In this document: in pieces, positions 32,475 through 43,235 of the stretch
Layout: each line of letters starts with the position of its first letter
How positions within the stretch are numbered: position 1 is the stretch's first letter
Source: a bacterium
Lineage (GTDB): Bacteria; UBA8248; JACPRG01; G963555815
NCBI GenBank assembly: GCA_965218795.1
Contig: OZ244653.1
Location: forward strand, 192,001-256,000
Length of the DNA stretch: 64,000 nucleotides
Reading direction: 5' to 3'
Notes under the pieces: generated by a model
Database searches by the model: none
The model's input: only the letters and a program-made list of their open reading frames with translations
What the model was told of the DNA's origin: nothing
Made by a program: the position numbers and the translations under genes

Positions 32475-33489
32475 TGGATTTACCCCGTTTCAGTGGACAG
32501 TTTATGGCTGTCGTCCCCAGCCCTGAGATGGGCGACAGCCGGTGGACGTACAGTCTTCTCCCTGTCCGAATGATGCACGACCCCATAGGGCCGGCGCTGT
32601 CCCAGCGCCATGTTGAGCGCCCCGAGCACCAGCTCGGTGCGAAGATGATGGGCCATGCACCACCCTACGATCCGGCGGCTGAACACGTCGAGCACGATGG
32701 CCAGGTACACGAACCCCGCCCAGGTCGGCACGTAGGTGATGTCGGCCACCCAGATTCGGTCCGGCCCATCGGCCTGGAACTGGCGTTCGACCCGGTCCGG
32801 GACCACACAATGGCTCTGGTCCACGCGCGTAGTGCGCGTGCCTCGGCGTCGGCTCACCCCGGCCAAGCCCGCCTCGCGCATCAGACGAGCTACCCGTTTG
32901 CGGCTCACCCGGCAGCCGCCCGCCATCAACTCGGCATGCATCCGAGGCGCCCCGTAGGTGCCGCCAGATGCCTCGTGGATGGCCCGGATCGTGCCCCCCA
33001 ACGCCTCGTCGTGCTTCGCACGATTGGAACGCCCACGGCTTCGTCACGCGTAGTACCCGCTGGAGGAGACACCCAGCACCCGGCACATCGTGGCCACCCG
33101 ATGACAGGCCTGGTTCGCCTTCACGAGCCCGAAGACCTCCCCGGCGCCGAGCCGGTCTCCCGTGCGAACCAGACCGCGGCTTTTTTTAGGATCTCCCGTT
33201 CCTCGCGAAGCTGACGGTTCTCCCGGCGAAGCCGGCGCAGCTCCTCGAGCTCTGAGCTTGTCAGACCATCCTCACGACGGCCCTCGTCGCGGTCGGCCTG
33301 GCGCACCCAGTTGCGAATCGCCGAAGCGGAACACTCGAACTCCCGGGCCAGCTCCCCGGGCGTACGGCCCGAGCGAACCAACTCGACCATCTGGCGCCGG
33401 TACGCCGGCGCGTAGGGTGAATGAGTTTTCGCCATCGGAACACCTCCTCCGCACAGTCTGAAGGTGTCCACAAAAACGGGTCAAATCCA
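32475..33489 (-). mobile_element. IS3-family element with internal deletion
   Basis: Terminal IRs TGGATTTACCCCGTTTCAGTGGACA / TGGATTTGACCCGTTTTTGTGGACA; orfA 33121-33435; A7G slippery site near 33180-33187; orfB (YGAPRM, WVADITY, DVFSRRIVGW, HHSDR) cut after the second Asp; no target duplication. Confidence 0.9.
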
Positions 33490-33877
33490 GGTTGGTCTCC
33501 AACTCAATGACGACGCCGGGGTGGGACAGCTTGAACTCCGCGAGCCTCGGCATGAGCCACTTCTCGGCCACGGCCTCGACCGAAACCAGTTTCAGCCGCT
33601 GTGTCCCGGTATCGCCGCGGCGGCGTTCCGTGGCGACCCGGACCTCGGCCAGAATGCGCTGGACATCCTTCAGATACGCCTTGCCGCGCCCGTTCAGGCG
33701 GACGCCGCGATAACCGCGCTCGAACAGCGCGCCACCGAGATGCTCTTCGAGTACCTTGATGCGGTGCGCAACGGCCGACGAGGAGACGTTGAGCTCCTCA
33801 GCCGCCTTGGCGAAGCTCTCGCGGCGGGCCGCGACTTCGAAAAAGCGCAGGCATTCAAGCGGTGGAAGGGGCGTCAT
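33490..33877 (-). pseudogene. LysR-family (GcvA/AmpR-like) regulator truncated by IS3
   Basis: LPPLECLRFFEVAARRESFAKAAEELNVSSSAVAHRIKVLEEHLGGALFER; ends at the IS left IR. Confidence 0.88.
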
Positions 33878-33982
33878 GGTCTCGGAGCTTCGAACAGGAA
33901 TCGTTGTCCATTTGATCGCCTGTAAGGATACGCGTACTTCACACGAGTTGTGAAACGCAATTCTTTGGGGGTATGGACCAAT

Positions 33983-34870
33983 TCAATTTGGCCCAATGCG
34001 CAGCCCTTGCCGCGGTCGATGGCCCGCGCGTCTTCCTGAAACAACCGGACGCGCGACGGCGTCGAACAGCTTCTTCGCGTCGCCCGACAGGCGCGGCCAG
34101 ATATCGCCTAGATCCACGATCGTGTTGACGTTGGGAATGACCGCGTGATGGCTCGCGCCTTCGAGCCCCTTGTCGTGGAAGCTGCCGTTCTGTCCCTTGC
34201 GGGTCGCCGGCGGCGACGGCCCGGAGATGGCGCCATAGGATTTCCCGGCTTGCAGCCCGGCGACGATCTTCGGTGCGTCCGCGATCGCGCTCTCCGGCAG
34301 GCAGCGCACCTCGGCGCGCGGATAGGTCAGGATCTTCTTACCCGCGCCGTCATAGAGCTCCTGGGTGACCTCCAGGGTCTTGGAAGCCGACCAGCCGAAC
34401 AGGGCGCTGCAAAGCTTCTGCGGCGAGGGCAGGTCGTGGAGCCGGGGCGGGCGTGTTCGCTGTTGGGTCGGGCGCGACCGAACGCCTCGCGGATGGTCTG
34501 CGCGTCCTGCGTGGTGAACAGCACCCTCAGGACCTCGCCGCGATAGCCGCAATGCTCCAGGATTTCCTGGCCGATGAGCTGCCCCTCACGGTCGCAATCG
34601 GTGGCGAGCCAAACCCGCTTGGCGCCGCGCGAATGGCCTTCAGCTTCGCCGCCTTGTAGCCGCCCGAAGCCGGCTTGGCGCCGTAGAGCCCCTCGGGCCT
34701 CAGCAGCACCGCCGACCAGCGCTTCCAGGCCGGGTTCACGTCCTCCGCGGCTCGCACAGATCGAGCAGATGGCCCTCGGCCGGGAGAACGGCGCCGTAAC
34801 GGGACCCGGCGGCGGCGCGGACATCCTTCGCCTGGCTGGATTTTTCGGTGATGACGATCTGATCGGTCAT
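33983..34870 (-). pseudogene. topB: DNA topoisomerase III (type IA) fragments
   Basis: MTDQIVITEKSSQAKDV..AEGHL; VWLATDCDREGQLIG; LHDLPS.QK..SASKTL..QELYD..KILTYPRAE; HHAVIPN. Confidence 0.8.
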
Positions 34871-34921
34871 GGCAAGCCGGTATTCACCGTCAATACCGGC
34901 CCCGTTCCAGGGAGCCCGCGC

Positions 34922-35462
34922 TCAGCCCGCATCGGACAGCGCGCCGTCGATGGCGGCCAGAAACGGCGCCGCGAACGCCTCGAGCTTGGCCGCGCCGACC
35001 CCGAAGGGCGGCAGCCGGTGATGACCGGCGCGCACGATCTTCTCGGTCTCGGCCCCGCGCAAGATATCGATCACATGCGCCGCGCCGAACCGTTCGCCCG
35101 AGTGGTAGACCGCCGACAGGATCTTCTGCGCATCCTCGGTCCCGTCGACGCGCTCGGCCGGGTCGAGGCAGGCATCGCAATTGCCGCAAGGCTCGATCCG
35201 CTCGCCGAAGTAATCGAGCAGAGCCACCCGGCGGCAGGACGGCGCCTCGCAATAGCCGAGCAAGGCGTCGAGCCGCTTGTGCTCGCGCCGCTTGCGCTCA
35301 GCGCCGGCATCCTCATCCTCGATGAACTGCCGCCGCATGCGGATATCGGCCAGCCCATAGAGCATGTGGGCCTCGGCGGGCGCGCCGTCGCGTCCGGCCC
35401 GGCCGAGCTCCTGCGTAATAGGCCTCGATGCTGCCCGGCAGATCGGTGTGGAAGACGTAGCG
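34922..35462 (-). pseudogene. recQ: RecQ helicase C-terminal fragments
   Basis: YVFHTDLPGSIEAYY..AGRDG; CRRVALLDYFGE..PCGNCDAC; AQKILSAV..GERFGA.HVIDILRG. Confidence 0.82.
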
Positions 35463-35536
35463 CAGTCTGAGACGGGATCTCAAGCCCGGTACGCATTTGA
35501 CTGCGGATGACTACCGCAACTTGAAAAGCACCAGAC

Positions 35537-35595
35537 CTGACCTCTTAACCATCTTGCCATGCTTCATAGTACGGACGAGAAGGTTAAGAGGTCAG
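35537..35595. repeat. Perfect 14-bp inverted repeat with 31-nt spacer
   Basis: CTGACCTCTTAACC (35537-35550) / GGTTAAGAGGTCAG (35582-35595). Confidence 0.8.
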
Positions 35596-35727
35596 ATGAG
35601 ATGTAGATCGACGACGGGTTAGATTCCTCGCTTGACGCATCCAGCGCCGGAACTGCAGCGGGCGAAGCGGAAAGATACTATCGCCACTACTCGTTGGAGA
35701 ACGCGCTTCTCAATACGCTGACATATC

Positions 35728-36993
35728 TCAATTTTCAGGTGGGTGCGCCTCCGCAGCCGGCATGTCTTCCCCCATCAGCTTGTCGATGCGGTCGGCGATC
35801 CGCTGTGCGGGCTCTCGGAGCTGCTCCACCGTCCAGTCAGCGGCGTAACCCTCGGTCACGTCCTGGGGCCGGGCGTGATTGACCAGGCGCTTGGTCAGCG
35901 AGCGCGGCAGCATGAGTTCCCGCTCGGCCACCGTGATGAAGGCGTTGCGCAAACCGTGGAACCAGAACCGTGTTCCTCCCTCCTCGGTGATATCGCCGTA
36001 GAACCTCGCGATGTCCGCGACGTGTCCGCTCCCGCTCTTGGAAGACGGAAACACCCAGCCGTTCTGGCGCGCCGCCGGGTCGGCGTCCGCTAGGCGCCAC
36101 TCGAGGATGGCGGCGAGTTGCCGGGTGAGCGGAAGCTCCAGCGGCTCCCCGGTCTTGGTCTCATCGACCCTGAGGATGCGCCGCTCCATGTCCACCTGCT
36201 CCCGGCGCAGCGAAACGATCTCGCCCCGGCGCATGCCGGTGTAGATGCCGATCAGGAAGATGTCGCGAACCTCCGGTTCGAGGTCGGCGGCCTCGATGCC
36301 CGCGCGCCAGCAAGGCAACACCTCGGCCGGGCTCGATATCCGCCGCCTCCGCTTCCGGTGGAAGCGCCCCCCGGCCGCCAGCCACAGGTCGACCGGATTG
36401 CGCAAACCCTCGAAATCGACGCAGGGCCGGCGGTAGATCGAGCGCAGCATCGAGAGCGTCTGGTTGGCCGCCGACCAGCCGTTTCTGGCGGTGATGAGAT
36501 TGAAGCGGTCCTCGACGTCCTGTCGGGTAATGGCGTCGAGCGGACGCTTCAGCCAGTCGGAGAGGTTGACCCGCAGGTTCTGTTCGTAGAGCCTGACGGT
36601 ATTGACCGCGCGGCTGGGATTCGCCGCCATGTAGACCTCGAAGGCCCGGGCCAGGGTGGGGACGCCGCGGGCATCGGCTCGTTCTCCGGCAGGATCCTCG
36701 CCACGGGCGACGCGTCCGAGCAGGTCCTGGGCCATGCGCCGCGCCCGGTCTGGAGCGATGCGGCCGTAGCGTCCGATCACCACCCGCTTGTTGGGCGCCT
36801 TGCGGCCGCCGGAGCCTGCGCGGTAGTTGACGATGAACGACTTGGTGCCCGAGGGCTGGACGCGAACGCCGAAGCCCGTCAGCTTGTCGTCCCAGGCGAT
36901 CCAGGACTTCTCTGTGGGCTTGAGCGCCTCGACGGTGCGCTTCGTGAGTGTCGTCCTGACCCTGGCGATGCGTTTTCCGGTGTTCTCGTTCAT
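35728..36993 (-). CDS. Tyrosine recombinase/integrase with N-terminal arm-binding domain (intact)
   Basis: LTKRTVEAL..WDDKLTGFGVRV..GTKSF; TGMRRGE, HGLRNAF, LVNHA, TEGY catalytic set. Confidence 0.93.
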   Translation of the reverse strand: MNENTGKRIARVRTTLTKRTVEALKPTEKSWIAWDDKLTGFGVRVQPSGTKSFIVNYRAGSGGRKAPNKRVVIGRYGRIAPDRARRMAQDLLGRVARGEDPAGERADARGVPTLARAFEVYMAANPSRAVNTVRLYEQNLRVNLSDWLKRPLDAITRQDVEDRFNLITARNGWSAANQTLSMLRSIYRRPCVDFEGLRNPVDLWLAAGGRFHRKRRRRISSPAEVLPCWRAGIEAADLEPEVRDIFLIGIYTGMRRGEIVSLRREQVDMERRILRVDETKTGEPLELPLTRQLAAILEWRLADADPAARQNGWVFPSSKSGSGHVADIARFYGDITEEGGTRFWFHGLRNAFITVAERELMLPRSLTKRLVNHARPQDVTEGYAADWTVEQLREPAQRIADRIDKLMGEDMPAAEAHPPEN

Positions 36994-37181
36994 GCCCAGA
37001 CTATAACACCTTGCATCAGAATTAGCAACACTGATGTCAACACATGAAAAGAAACCGGGGCGTGTGCAAACGTACGAATTGCGGTAGATCAGAGACAGGA
37101 ATCCATTATAATTCATTGAAATACATATAGTATAGGCGTTTCATTCGAAGACAATCGCACGTTTGTCTGTTTTGGTATAAT

Positions 37182-37394
37182 ATGTTTCTTGAACATGTCC
37201 ACCAGCCCGGGCTGGAAGGTCACGACCCGGTGCCACTCGGTCTTGTCGACCCGGTCTCCGGTCTGCTTGTCGATGTAGCCCTCGTCGGTGGCGATCGACA
37301 GGTTGGCCACGCGTCCTCCGCTGGCGAGGTGGTTGACGGTGACGTCGGATCCCAGGCGTCCGATCACTTCAGCGCGATTGAGTCCGAAGGCCAT
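37182..37394 (-). pseudogene. ssb: Truncated ssb
   Basis: MAFGLNRAEVIGRLG...TEWHRVVTFQPGLVDMFKKH, then unrelated AT-rich DNA. Confidence 0.9.
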
Positions 37395-37482
37395 GATCAT
37401 TCTCCTTCTATGTGAGGGTGTGGAAGACAACGGGTGATGGAACAGGGTGGAGAGCCTCTCTCTCCATTCCCCTTGGTTCACC

Positions 37483-37608
37483 CTAGAAGAGCGTCTCTTC
37501 TTCTCCGGCTTCTGTCCGGATCCTGCGGATGGTGTGGAGATCGAGTCCGATCTCTGCGAGCAGTTCGTCATTGGTGGGGACATCGAGGTCGAGGTCACAG
37601 TCGAGCAT
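37483..37608 (-). CDS. 41-aa acidic peptide (copy 2)
   Basis: MLDCDLDLDVPTNDELLAEIGLDLHTIRRIRTEAGEEETLF with AGGAG RBS. Confidence 0.6.
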   Translation of the reverse strand: MLDCDLDLDVPTNDELLAEIGLDLHTIRRIRTEAGEEETLF

Positions 37609-38190
37609 GGGCTGGTCTCCTGTTCGGGGGGATTGTCAATTCCCGGCATCGGGACCGGGAGACCGCCTCCCTCTCCCATGCCGGGCATTTGCCCGGCCCT
37701 TGCCCTACTCGTCCTCTCCAAAGGGAGGCCACCGATGAGGGTGTGGATGAAGGGTGGTCGTGGGTCGTTCATGAACGGACAAGCGGGGTAGTTGCGCGGG
37801 ACCGGGGCGAGGCGGCCGTCCCGGTCGTCGTCCCACGGGCGCAGCGGCTCGGGACAGCCGGCATGAGTGTGGTCTACGGCCCTCCAGGCACATGGACCGT
37901 GTAGCCAGGACGGTGGGGATGGTTCCGATCATGCCGTCAAGCACGATCCGGATATCCTACGGCTCGTCGCCGAGGCCGTAGGCCGGGGAGAAGGCGTAGT
38001 CGAGGTGCTCCGGCAGACTGTGTGCAGTCATGGGTGATTCTGGCGACGGGGACGTGTGGATGATGGTCCCCCCGGCCATATGGGTTCCGGACGGCTCCGG
38101 GCCGGCCACACGTGTGCGGGCGGCAAGCCGATGATACGAATAAGCGCCCGTTCGGGGGACTGCAGTCGAACGCCTATGACTGCCCGGTCA

Positions 38191-38949
38191 TTATGGTGAG
38201 CCGGTCAAGGACGCCATGACCGACTGGTCGCTTATCACCTCCACTTGGTCGTGGGACAACCGGGCGAAGGCCAGGCACATGGCCACCTCCTCCCATCTGT
38301 CCCAGGTCCCGTGGTCCTCGCCCGTGGCGATCTCGATCACGGTGTAGCGAGGCGGAAGGATCGGAAGGCCCCGATGCCGGCTTGAGCGCACCCAGGACCG
38401 GTGCGCGCACGGCACGCACCGCGCCGCCCCCTGCGAGGGTTGGCCGCAGTCTGTGCAACGCCACCTCTCTCGCCTGAGGGTGTAGCGCCTTCGGCTGGCC
38501 GCGTTCTTCCGTGGATGGCGTCTAGCCTCAATGGTGGCACAGGGACCGCAGCGGGAGGCACCTCCAAGGGCCGACCCCCCGCACCGGCCGCATTGGCCCT
38601 CGGCCCTCCGGGCTGCATACAGCTCCCGTTCGGCCGCTTGCCGGGCGTCACGGCAAACCCGGCAGGTCACCCCGCCCTCTACGGGGGAACGAATCCCGCA
38701 GCGCGTGCAAAGGCCGGCGTCCCGGTATGCTCGCAGACGCTTCCTGCTTCTCTCCCGCCCGTTCCGGCGGCGGCTCTTTGGATCCCGGCCGCCGTAGAGC
38801 CTGCCTTCGGCCTTGGCCCTGGCGTACCGGGCGCGCTCGGCCTTGCGCCGCCCGCTGGCGAGGCGCTCTTCGGTGAGCCTGCGGCAGCGTTCCCGGTCTT
38901 GCTCGCGGGCCTTCTCGGGATCCGTGTAGGGCACCGGTATGTCCTCCAT
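38191..38949 (-). CDS. Arg-rich tandem zinc-ribbon protein (copy 2, three units)
   Basis: CTRCG..CRVC, CGRCG..CGPC, CTDCG..CVPC; first unit deleted in frame. Confidence 0.75.
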   Translation of the reverse strand: MEDIPVPYTDPEKAREQDRERCRRLTEERLASGRRKAERARYARAKAEGRLYGGRDPKSRRRNGRERSRKRLRAYRDAGLCTRCGIRSPVEGGVTCRVCRDARQAAERELYAARRAEGQCGRCGGSALGGASRCGPCATIEARRHPRKNAASRRRYTLRRERWRCTDCGQPSQGAARCVPCAHRSWVRSSRHRGLPILPPRYTVIEIATGEDHGTWDRWEEVAMCLAFARLSHDQVEVISDQSVMASLTGSP

Positions 38950-39020
38950 GCGGCTGGAATCGGGACGGCGGACGCCCGGCCGGCGGCGGGCCGGCTGGAC
39001 GTCTAGACAGAGAACGCCAC

Positions 39021-39338
39021 TCAGCGCTGCAACATGTTCCGCCAGAGAACATTGCAGCCCCAGTACTGGACCCCGGAGTTCCGGAGGTTGATTCCGGTTG
39101 CAATGATGATCTCGTCCCGCGCGGGCCGCATCTTCCGGACCGCCTGCCGGGACACGGTCGCCTTCGGCGCCTTGCGCCGTCCCCTGGCCCCCGGCCCCCC
39201 GGCGCGCAGGGGCCGGATGTCGCCGTCGGCCATGGACCGGAAGCGCTCGACCACGTAGCGGTCGTCATCGAGACCTTGGCCGAACAGGTGGGTGAGGAAG
39301 GTGCTTGCGTTGCCGGGATGCGTCTGGACCGTGTGCAT
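39021..39338 (-). CDS. Hypothetical protein (module ORF A, copy 2)
   Basis: AAGGAG RBS; homologue of 3170-3460. Confidence 0.6.
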   Translation of the reverse strand: MHTVQTHPGNASTFLTHLFGQGLDDDRYVVERFRSMADGDIRPLRAGGPGARGRRKAPKATVSRQAVRKMRPARDEIIIATGINLRNSGVQYWGCNVLWRNMLQR

Positions 39339-39769
39339 GGCGCCGTCTCCTTATGGGCCGGTGGTTGCCAGAGGCGGTGATGTCCTCTCCTAGGACATCC
39401 GTCCGCCGCCCCCCTCCCGGCCCGGCTCGTCCTCTTCGCGGCGCACCGCGTGTCGGGGGAGAACGGTCCCATCGGCCGTCGGCTGGCCGGCAATAAGTAT
39501 TGACGCACGAGCAGATCGCGGTCCGGCCCGGTGCTATGGAACAGTTTTGTTCAAGGGGTTCGGTGCGCTTTGGAGGCTAGGCTTGAGAGACCTGCGCCAG
39601 ACCGGGTGAGACCGACGGCGGGCCGGCCGTTACATGGTCAATGTTCGTCTGTCCCGGCCTCGTGCGGCCGGGTTTCAGCTGTGGGTCTCCGCTCCGCTGG
39701 AGACCGCTACCGGGCATCCGGCATGGATGCGGTGAAGAGGGAATGGTATGGGGAACGAAGGATGGTTCG

Positions 39770-39840
39770 AAACCGGCTGTCGTCCACCTCAGGGCTGGAG
39801 GCAACAGCCGCAAACTGTCCACGAAAGCGGGGTAAAACCA
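39770..39840 (+). mobile_element. Isolated IS3-family right end
   Basis: CCGGCTGTCG..CTCAGGGCTGG..ACAGCC..AAACTGTCCACGAAAGCGGGGTAAAACCA is homologous to the reverse complement of 32475-32545. Confidence 0.7.
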
Positions 39841-40024
39841 GCGCTGGGCTACTGCAATCCCACAACGAGGGGAAAACATTGCTCGAAGAGCTTGCCATCC
39901 AATATGTGAGCATGAGTGATCGAGGCAAGCAGTACACGGTATGGGCCGAATGGCCCGCGGACATGACGTGCGGCCGTATTGATGGGAGATGAGAAAGGCC
40001 CGAGCCTAGATGCCAGCCGCGTCG

Positions 40025-42937
40025 TTATGTCGGCGTCGTCTGCCCCACAGGCGCCGTATCCTTTCCGCCATGGACCGACGGTTCTGCGCACCACTGACGA
40101 CGCAGCAGGGAAAGCGGCTCCAACACGTTTTCCGGAAGCCCCAGTAAGTCGATCAGGACGACGCGGTCGAGCGCCTGCCGCACATCATCCCGCCAAGCCT
40201 CGTTGGCCGGTAGCATCTCCTGATCCCGGAACTCCTCTAAGATCTCGTCGGCGTAGTCCACCTGTGTCTCGGTGAGACTTCTCGGGTCGAGCACGGTGAG
40301 ATCCGGCAATTTCGTGATCGTGAGTATGGCTCGACCCTGCTGTTGACGGGTGCCGAACCACCAGAAGGCGATGAGACCGAGGATCGTGTTGGCCCAGAGG
40401 ACGAGCGGCTTCTCCCAACGCTGGTCATGGCAAAGGAAGTTCGGCCATGCCCTTCCACCAATCGACAAATCGGGTGTAAGGCAGGCTGCGAGCGGTTGCG
40501 AGTTAAGCTGAAAATCGAGGGTGAAATGCAGCCGGGAAGCTGTATTTTGCCATACCTCAGCGGCGCGTTCATCGCATCCCGGCCGAACCGCCCCCGCGCT
40601 GTCCGGCATGACGATCATCCGCGTTTCGCGGGCGGCGTTATGCGCCCAAAGCGCTGGCCAGGTCGAAACCTCCTCCGGTTCCACGCTTACAATGTCAAAC
40701 GGACCTCTGGGAAGATTCGTGCGACTGACTTCCGTCCCGTTAATGTCCCGATGTAGAAGCCCCCGATCACCCAGAGCGTCAAGCTTAGCGACGGGAAGTG
40801 GGATCGAGTCATGTTGCCGCGGAAGCCGCAATTCGCCGCGCACCAGTCCTGTTGCAGTCTCCACCACGCCTGCCTCGCGGACGCCTGCGCAGCCGGTTTC
40901 GGACAACGTGCCCCGAATAGTGCAACCGGCCCTCTCTTCGCTCCCGATGGCTATCTGGCCAACAGACTGATTTCCCGGAGTCCGCTGAACAGCCCGGGCA
41001 ACGGTTGCCGCTTCCAGAATGGAGTACGGTCGGTGCTGGAGATTCACGAACAATGCACTCCCGCCCGTCTGTTCAGCGCCGCTCGTTCTGGTCGCGATGA
41101 CCAGCACTTCGGCCATGCCTGTGTCGGCAGAAAAAGCGCGGTCGGTCGTGCCGGCAGTGGCAATGGTGACGATGACGACATCCCTGTACTTCTCGTCAAG
41201 CAGGCGCCGGGCGGAAGTCCAGGCCTCGCCCTGTAGGAAGGATGCCGGCAGAACAAGAGCGAGGATGCCTCCAGGATTCTTGACCTTGGTATGTGCAAGA
41301 TCGATGAAATTGGAGGCGAGGCCGGCATTGCCGTGACCGACCATCGTCGACTTGCGGATATTTCTGAGGCGACGCGACATGTGCGCCTGCTCGTCGTCCT
41401 TCTTGTCGAAACCGGCGAAGGACGGAACGGGAACGTCGGCAACCTCATGATTTGTCGGCCGCGTGAAGGGTGGATTCATGATGACAAGGTCGAACCCTTC
41501 ATGTGGCAGGTCTACATGCCCATCGTCGCTGTCGCCGACGCCGCGCAACCGTTTCTGTCCGGTGCCGAACAACGAAAGCGTCTTTTCGTCCTCGATCAGG
41601 TCCAAGGCCCCGATCGCGATCGGCCTGCCGGAGCCTTCAGGCTGTGCGCCATAGGGCAGGGTGACGATCGACGTATTTCCGAAGGTCACGCTCGGATGCG
41701 TGCTCGACAGCACGGATGCGGTGAGATGGGTTGCCGCCGGCATGATATCGGCGCCGACAAGCGCGCTCTCCATCATTGCGGGATGGATATCCCTGTCGTC
41801 TCCTCCCTTTCGACGGTAGCGGGAGAGCACGGCCTCATAGGCCGCGTTGAGCAACGCCCCGGTGCCGCAGGCGAAATCGGCGATCCTCAGTGCGGCGACC
41901 GCTTCCCGGTTAGCCCAGTCGATATCGAGGCGTGCCACGGCGAGTTCCGCAAGCAGGGCGGCAGAGCTCGGCAGGGTGTAAAAGGTCGCGAGGAACTTCC
42001 GGTCCGTAATCAGGCGCTGGAACATGCGTCCGCAGAGATCGTGCTGACTGGTCGCCCCGAGCGAATCCAGATCGGTCGCGACAACGGAGAGCCGGTCCAG
42101 GATTTCCTGGGCCGTGCCGTTGCGGATTGGAAGGACGATGTCCGAGGCGATCTTGAAGATTGGCCAGTAGTTGATGTTCGTGAGAATGTGTCGCCAGACT
42201 TTCAGAACTCTCCCCTTGGACAGGCGCCCATTGGCGTCACGTAGCTGGTCGAGCGTGTCGATGCCGTGGGCCCCAGCGACGGCAGTGTGGAAGGTGAGCG
42301 CATTTGCGAGAATGGCCATCGCCATCCGTGAGGTTTGCTCTCCGTCCGTCTGATGCAACTCGCTTGCGATGGACTCCAGCGTATCCGGGGCATCGGCGCA
42401 GGCATCACGCAGCTTACCGGCGGCTTGGCCGATCCCGTCTTCGAGGATCTTCATACCGCTGGCGATGCGGTTTTCGGATAAGGCGGCAAGCTCGACGCAT
42501 GCTGCGAGATCGTCCACGCTGCCGTCGAGCCAGCCGGTCTCCGGCCAACGATCAGGGTCTTCCGAGTCTCCGGAGAAGATGCAGAGCTCCAGCCTGGTTC
42601 TCTCGATTTCCTCTTCGAGATCGTTTTGGCTTATGCTGGCCAGAGCGTTCGGAATGCGCACGGCGATGGCCTGTTCGATCCTATCTCCCGTTTGCCGCAA
42701 GGTCTTTCCGAGACGTTCGCGGGCGTCCTGCTCGACGTTGTGAGCCGGGGTGTATTCGGTCTCGACGGCGACTGGGAGGCCTCCCGGATGACGGACGATA
42801 ATGTCAGGCTGCAGCCCAGGCGCGCCGCTGAAGACGTTCGTCTGTTCCACCCCGATCCGGTCCGGCCACTGCGGATGTTTCCTCCGCAACACGTTTGCCA
42901 GTTCGGTATTGAATGCGGTCTCTGTAGTCTTTGGCAT
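40025..42937 (-). CDS. Type IIG-like fused restriction endonuclease / N6-adenine methyltransferase
   Basis: N-terminal QPDII..VAVETE (PD-ExK-like); FYT, IADFACGTGALL (motif I), LVIMNPPF (motif IV), FSADT; long C-terminal recognition region. Confidence 0.8.
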   Translation of the reverse strand: MPKTTETAFNTELANVLRRKHPQWPDRIGVEQTNVFSGAPGLQPDIIVRHPGGLPVAVETEYTPAHNVEQDARERLGKTLRQTGDRIEQAIAVRIPNALASISQNDLEEEIERTRLELCIFSGDSEDPDRWPETGWLDGSVDDLAACVELAALSENRIASGMKILEDGIGQAAGKLRDACADAPDTLESIASELHQTDGEQTSRMAMAILANALTFHTAVAGAHGIDTLDQLRDANGRLSKGRVLKVWRHILTNINYWPIFKIASDIVLPIRNGTAQEILDRLSVVATDLDSLGATSQHDLCGRMFQRLITDRKFLATFYTLPSSAALLAELAVARLDIDWANREAVAALRIADFACGTGALLNAAYEAVLSRYRRKGGDDRDIHPAMMESALVGADIMPAATHLTASVLSSTHPSVTFGNTSIVTLPYGAQPEGSGRPIAIGALDLIEDEKTLSLFGTGQKRLRGVGDSDDGHVDLPHEGFDLVIMNPPFTRPTNHEVADVPVPSFAGFDKKDDEQAHMSRRLRNIRKSTMVGHGNAGLASNFIDLAHTKVKNPGGILALVLPASFLQGEAWTSARRLLDEKYRDVVIVTIATAGTTDRAFSADTGMAEVLVIATRTSGAEQTGGSALFVNLQHRPYSILEAATVARAVQRTPGNQSVGQIAIGSEERAGCTIRGTLSETGCAGVREAGVVETATGLVRGELRLPRQHDSIPLPVAKLDALGDRGLLHRDINGTEVSRTNLPRGPFDIVSVEPEEVSTWPALWAHNAARETRMIVMPDSAGAVRPGCDERAAEVWQNTASRLHFTLDFQLNSQPLAACLTPDLSIGGRAWPNFLCHDQRWEKPLVLWANTILGLIAFWWFGTRQQQGRAILTITKLPDLTVLDPRSLTETQVDYADEILEEFRDQEMLPANEAWRDDVRQALDRVVLIDLLGLPENVLEPLSLLRRQWCAEPSVHGGKDTAPVGQTTPT

Positions 42938-43235
42938 ACTTGTCGATTTCCGGTCGTCCCGCGGTGATAGCGTGAGGTGACCTCGCCTTATTGGTCTGTC
43001 CGGCAGCTCCGCTTAAGGCGTATTCCAGTCATCGTTTACGCCGCCAGAATCTCTTTGAATCGTACTTCTGTCTCCGTTGTTGTGCCCATGAAGATGCGGG
43101 CAAGGAACATGACACCTTTTCCAGCTTATCCACAGGAGCGTTACCGCGCCACCCTCGGGCGCTTTTCAACATCGAATTGAGCGAACATCTCCTCTTTCGC
43201 CTTGTCACGATCACCGGCGCACTGTCGAGCGCTTG

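Larger units (their letters stand above)
37182..39800 (-). repeat. Copy 2 of the ~2.6-kb module (inverted)
   Basis: Homologous to ~2700-5285; boundaries approximate. Confidence 0.9.

Noticed and set aside
42977-43230. Small ORFs between DUF3800 and the R-M gene
   Set aside because: Short, overlapping and without recognisable motifs.
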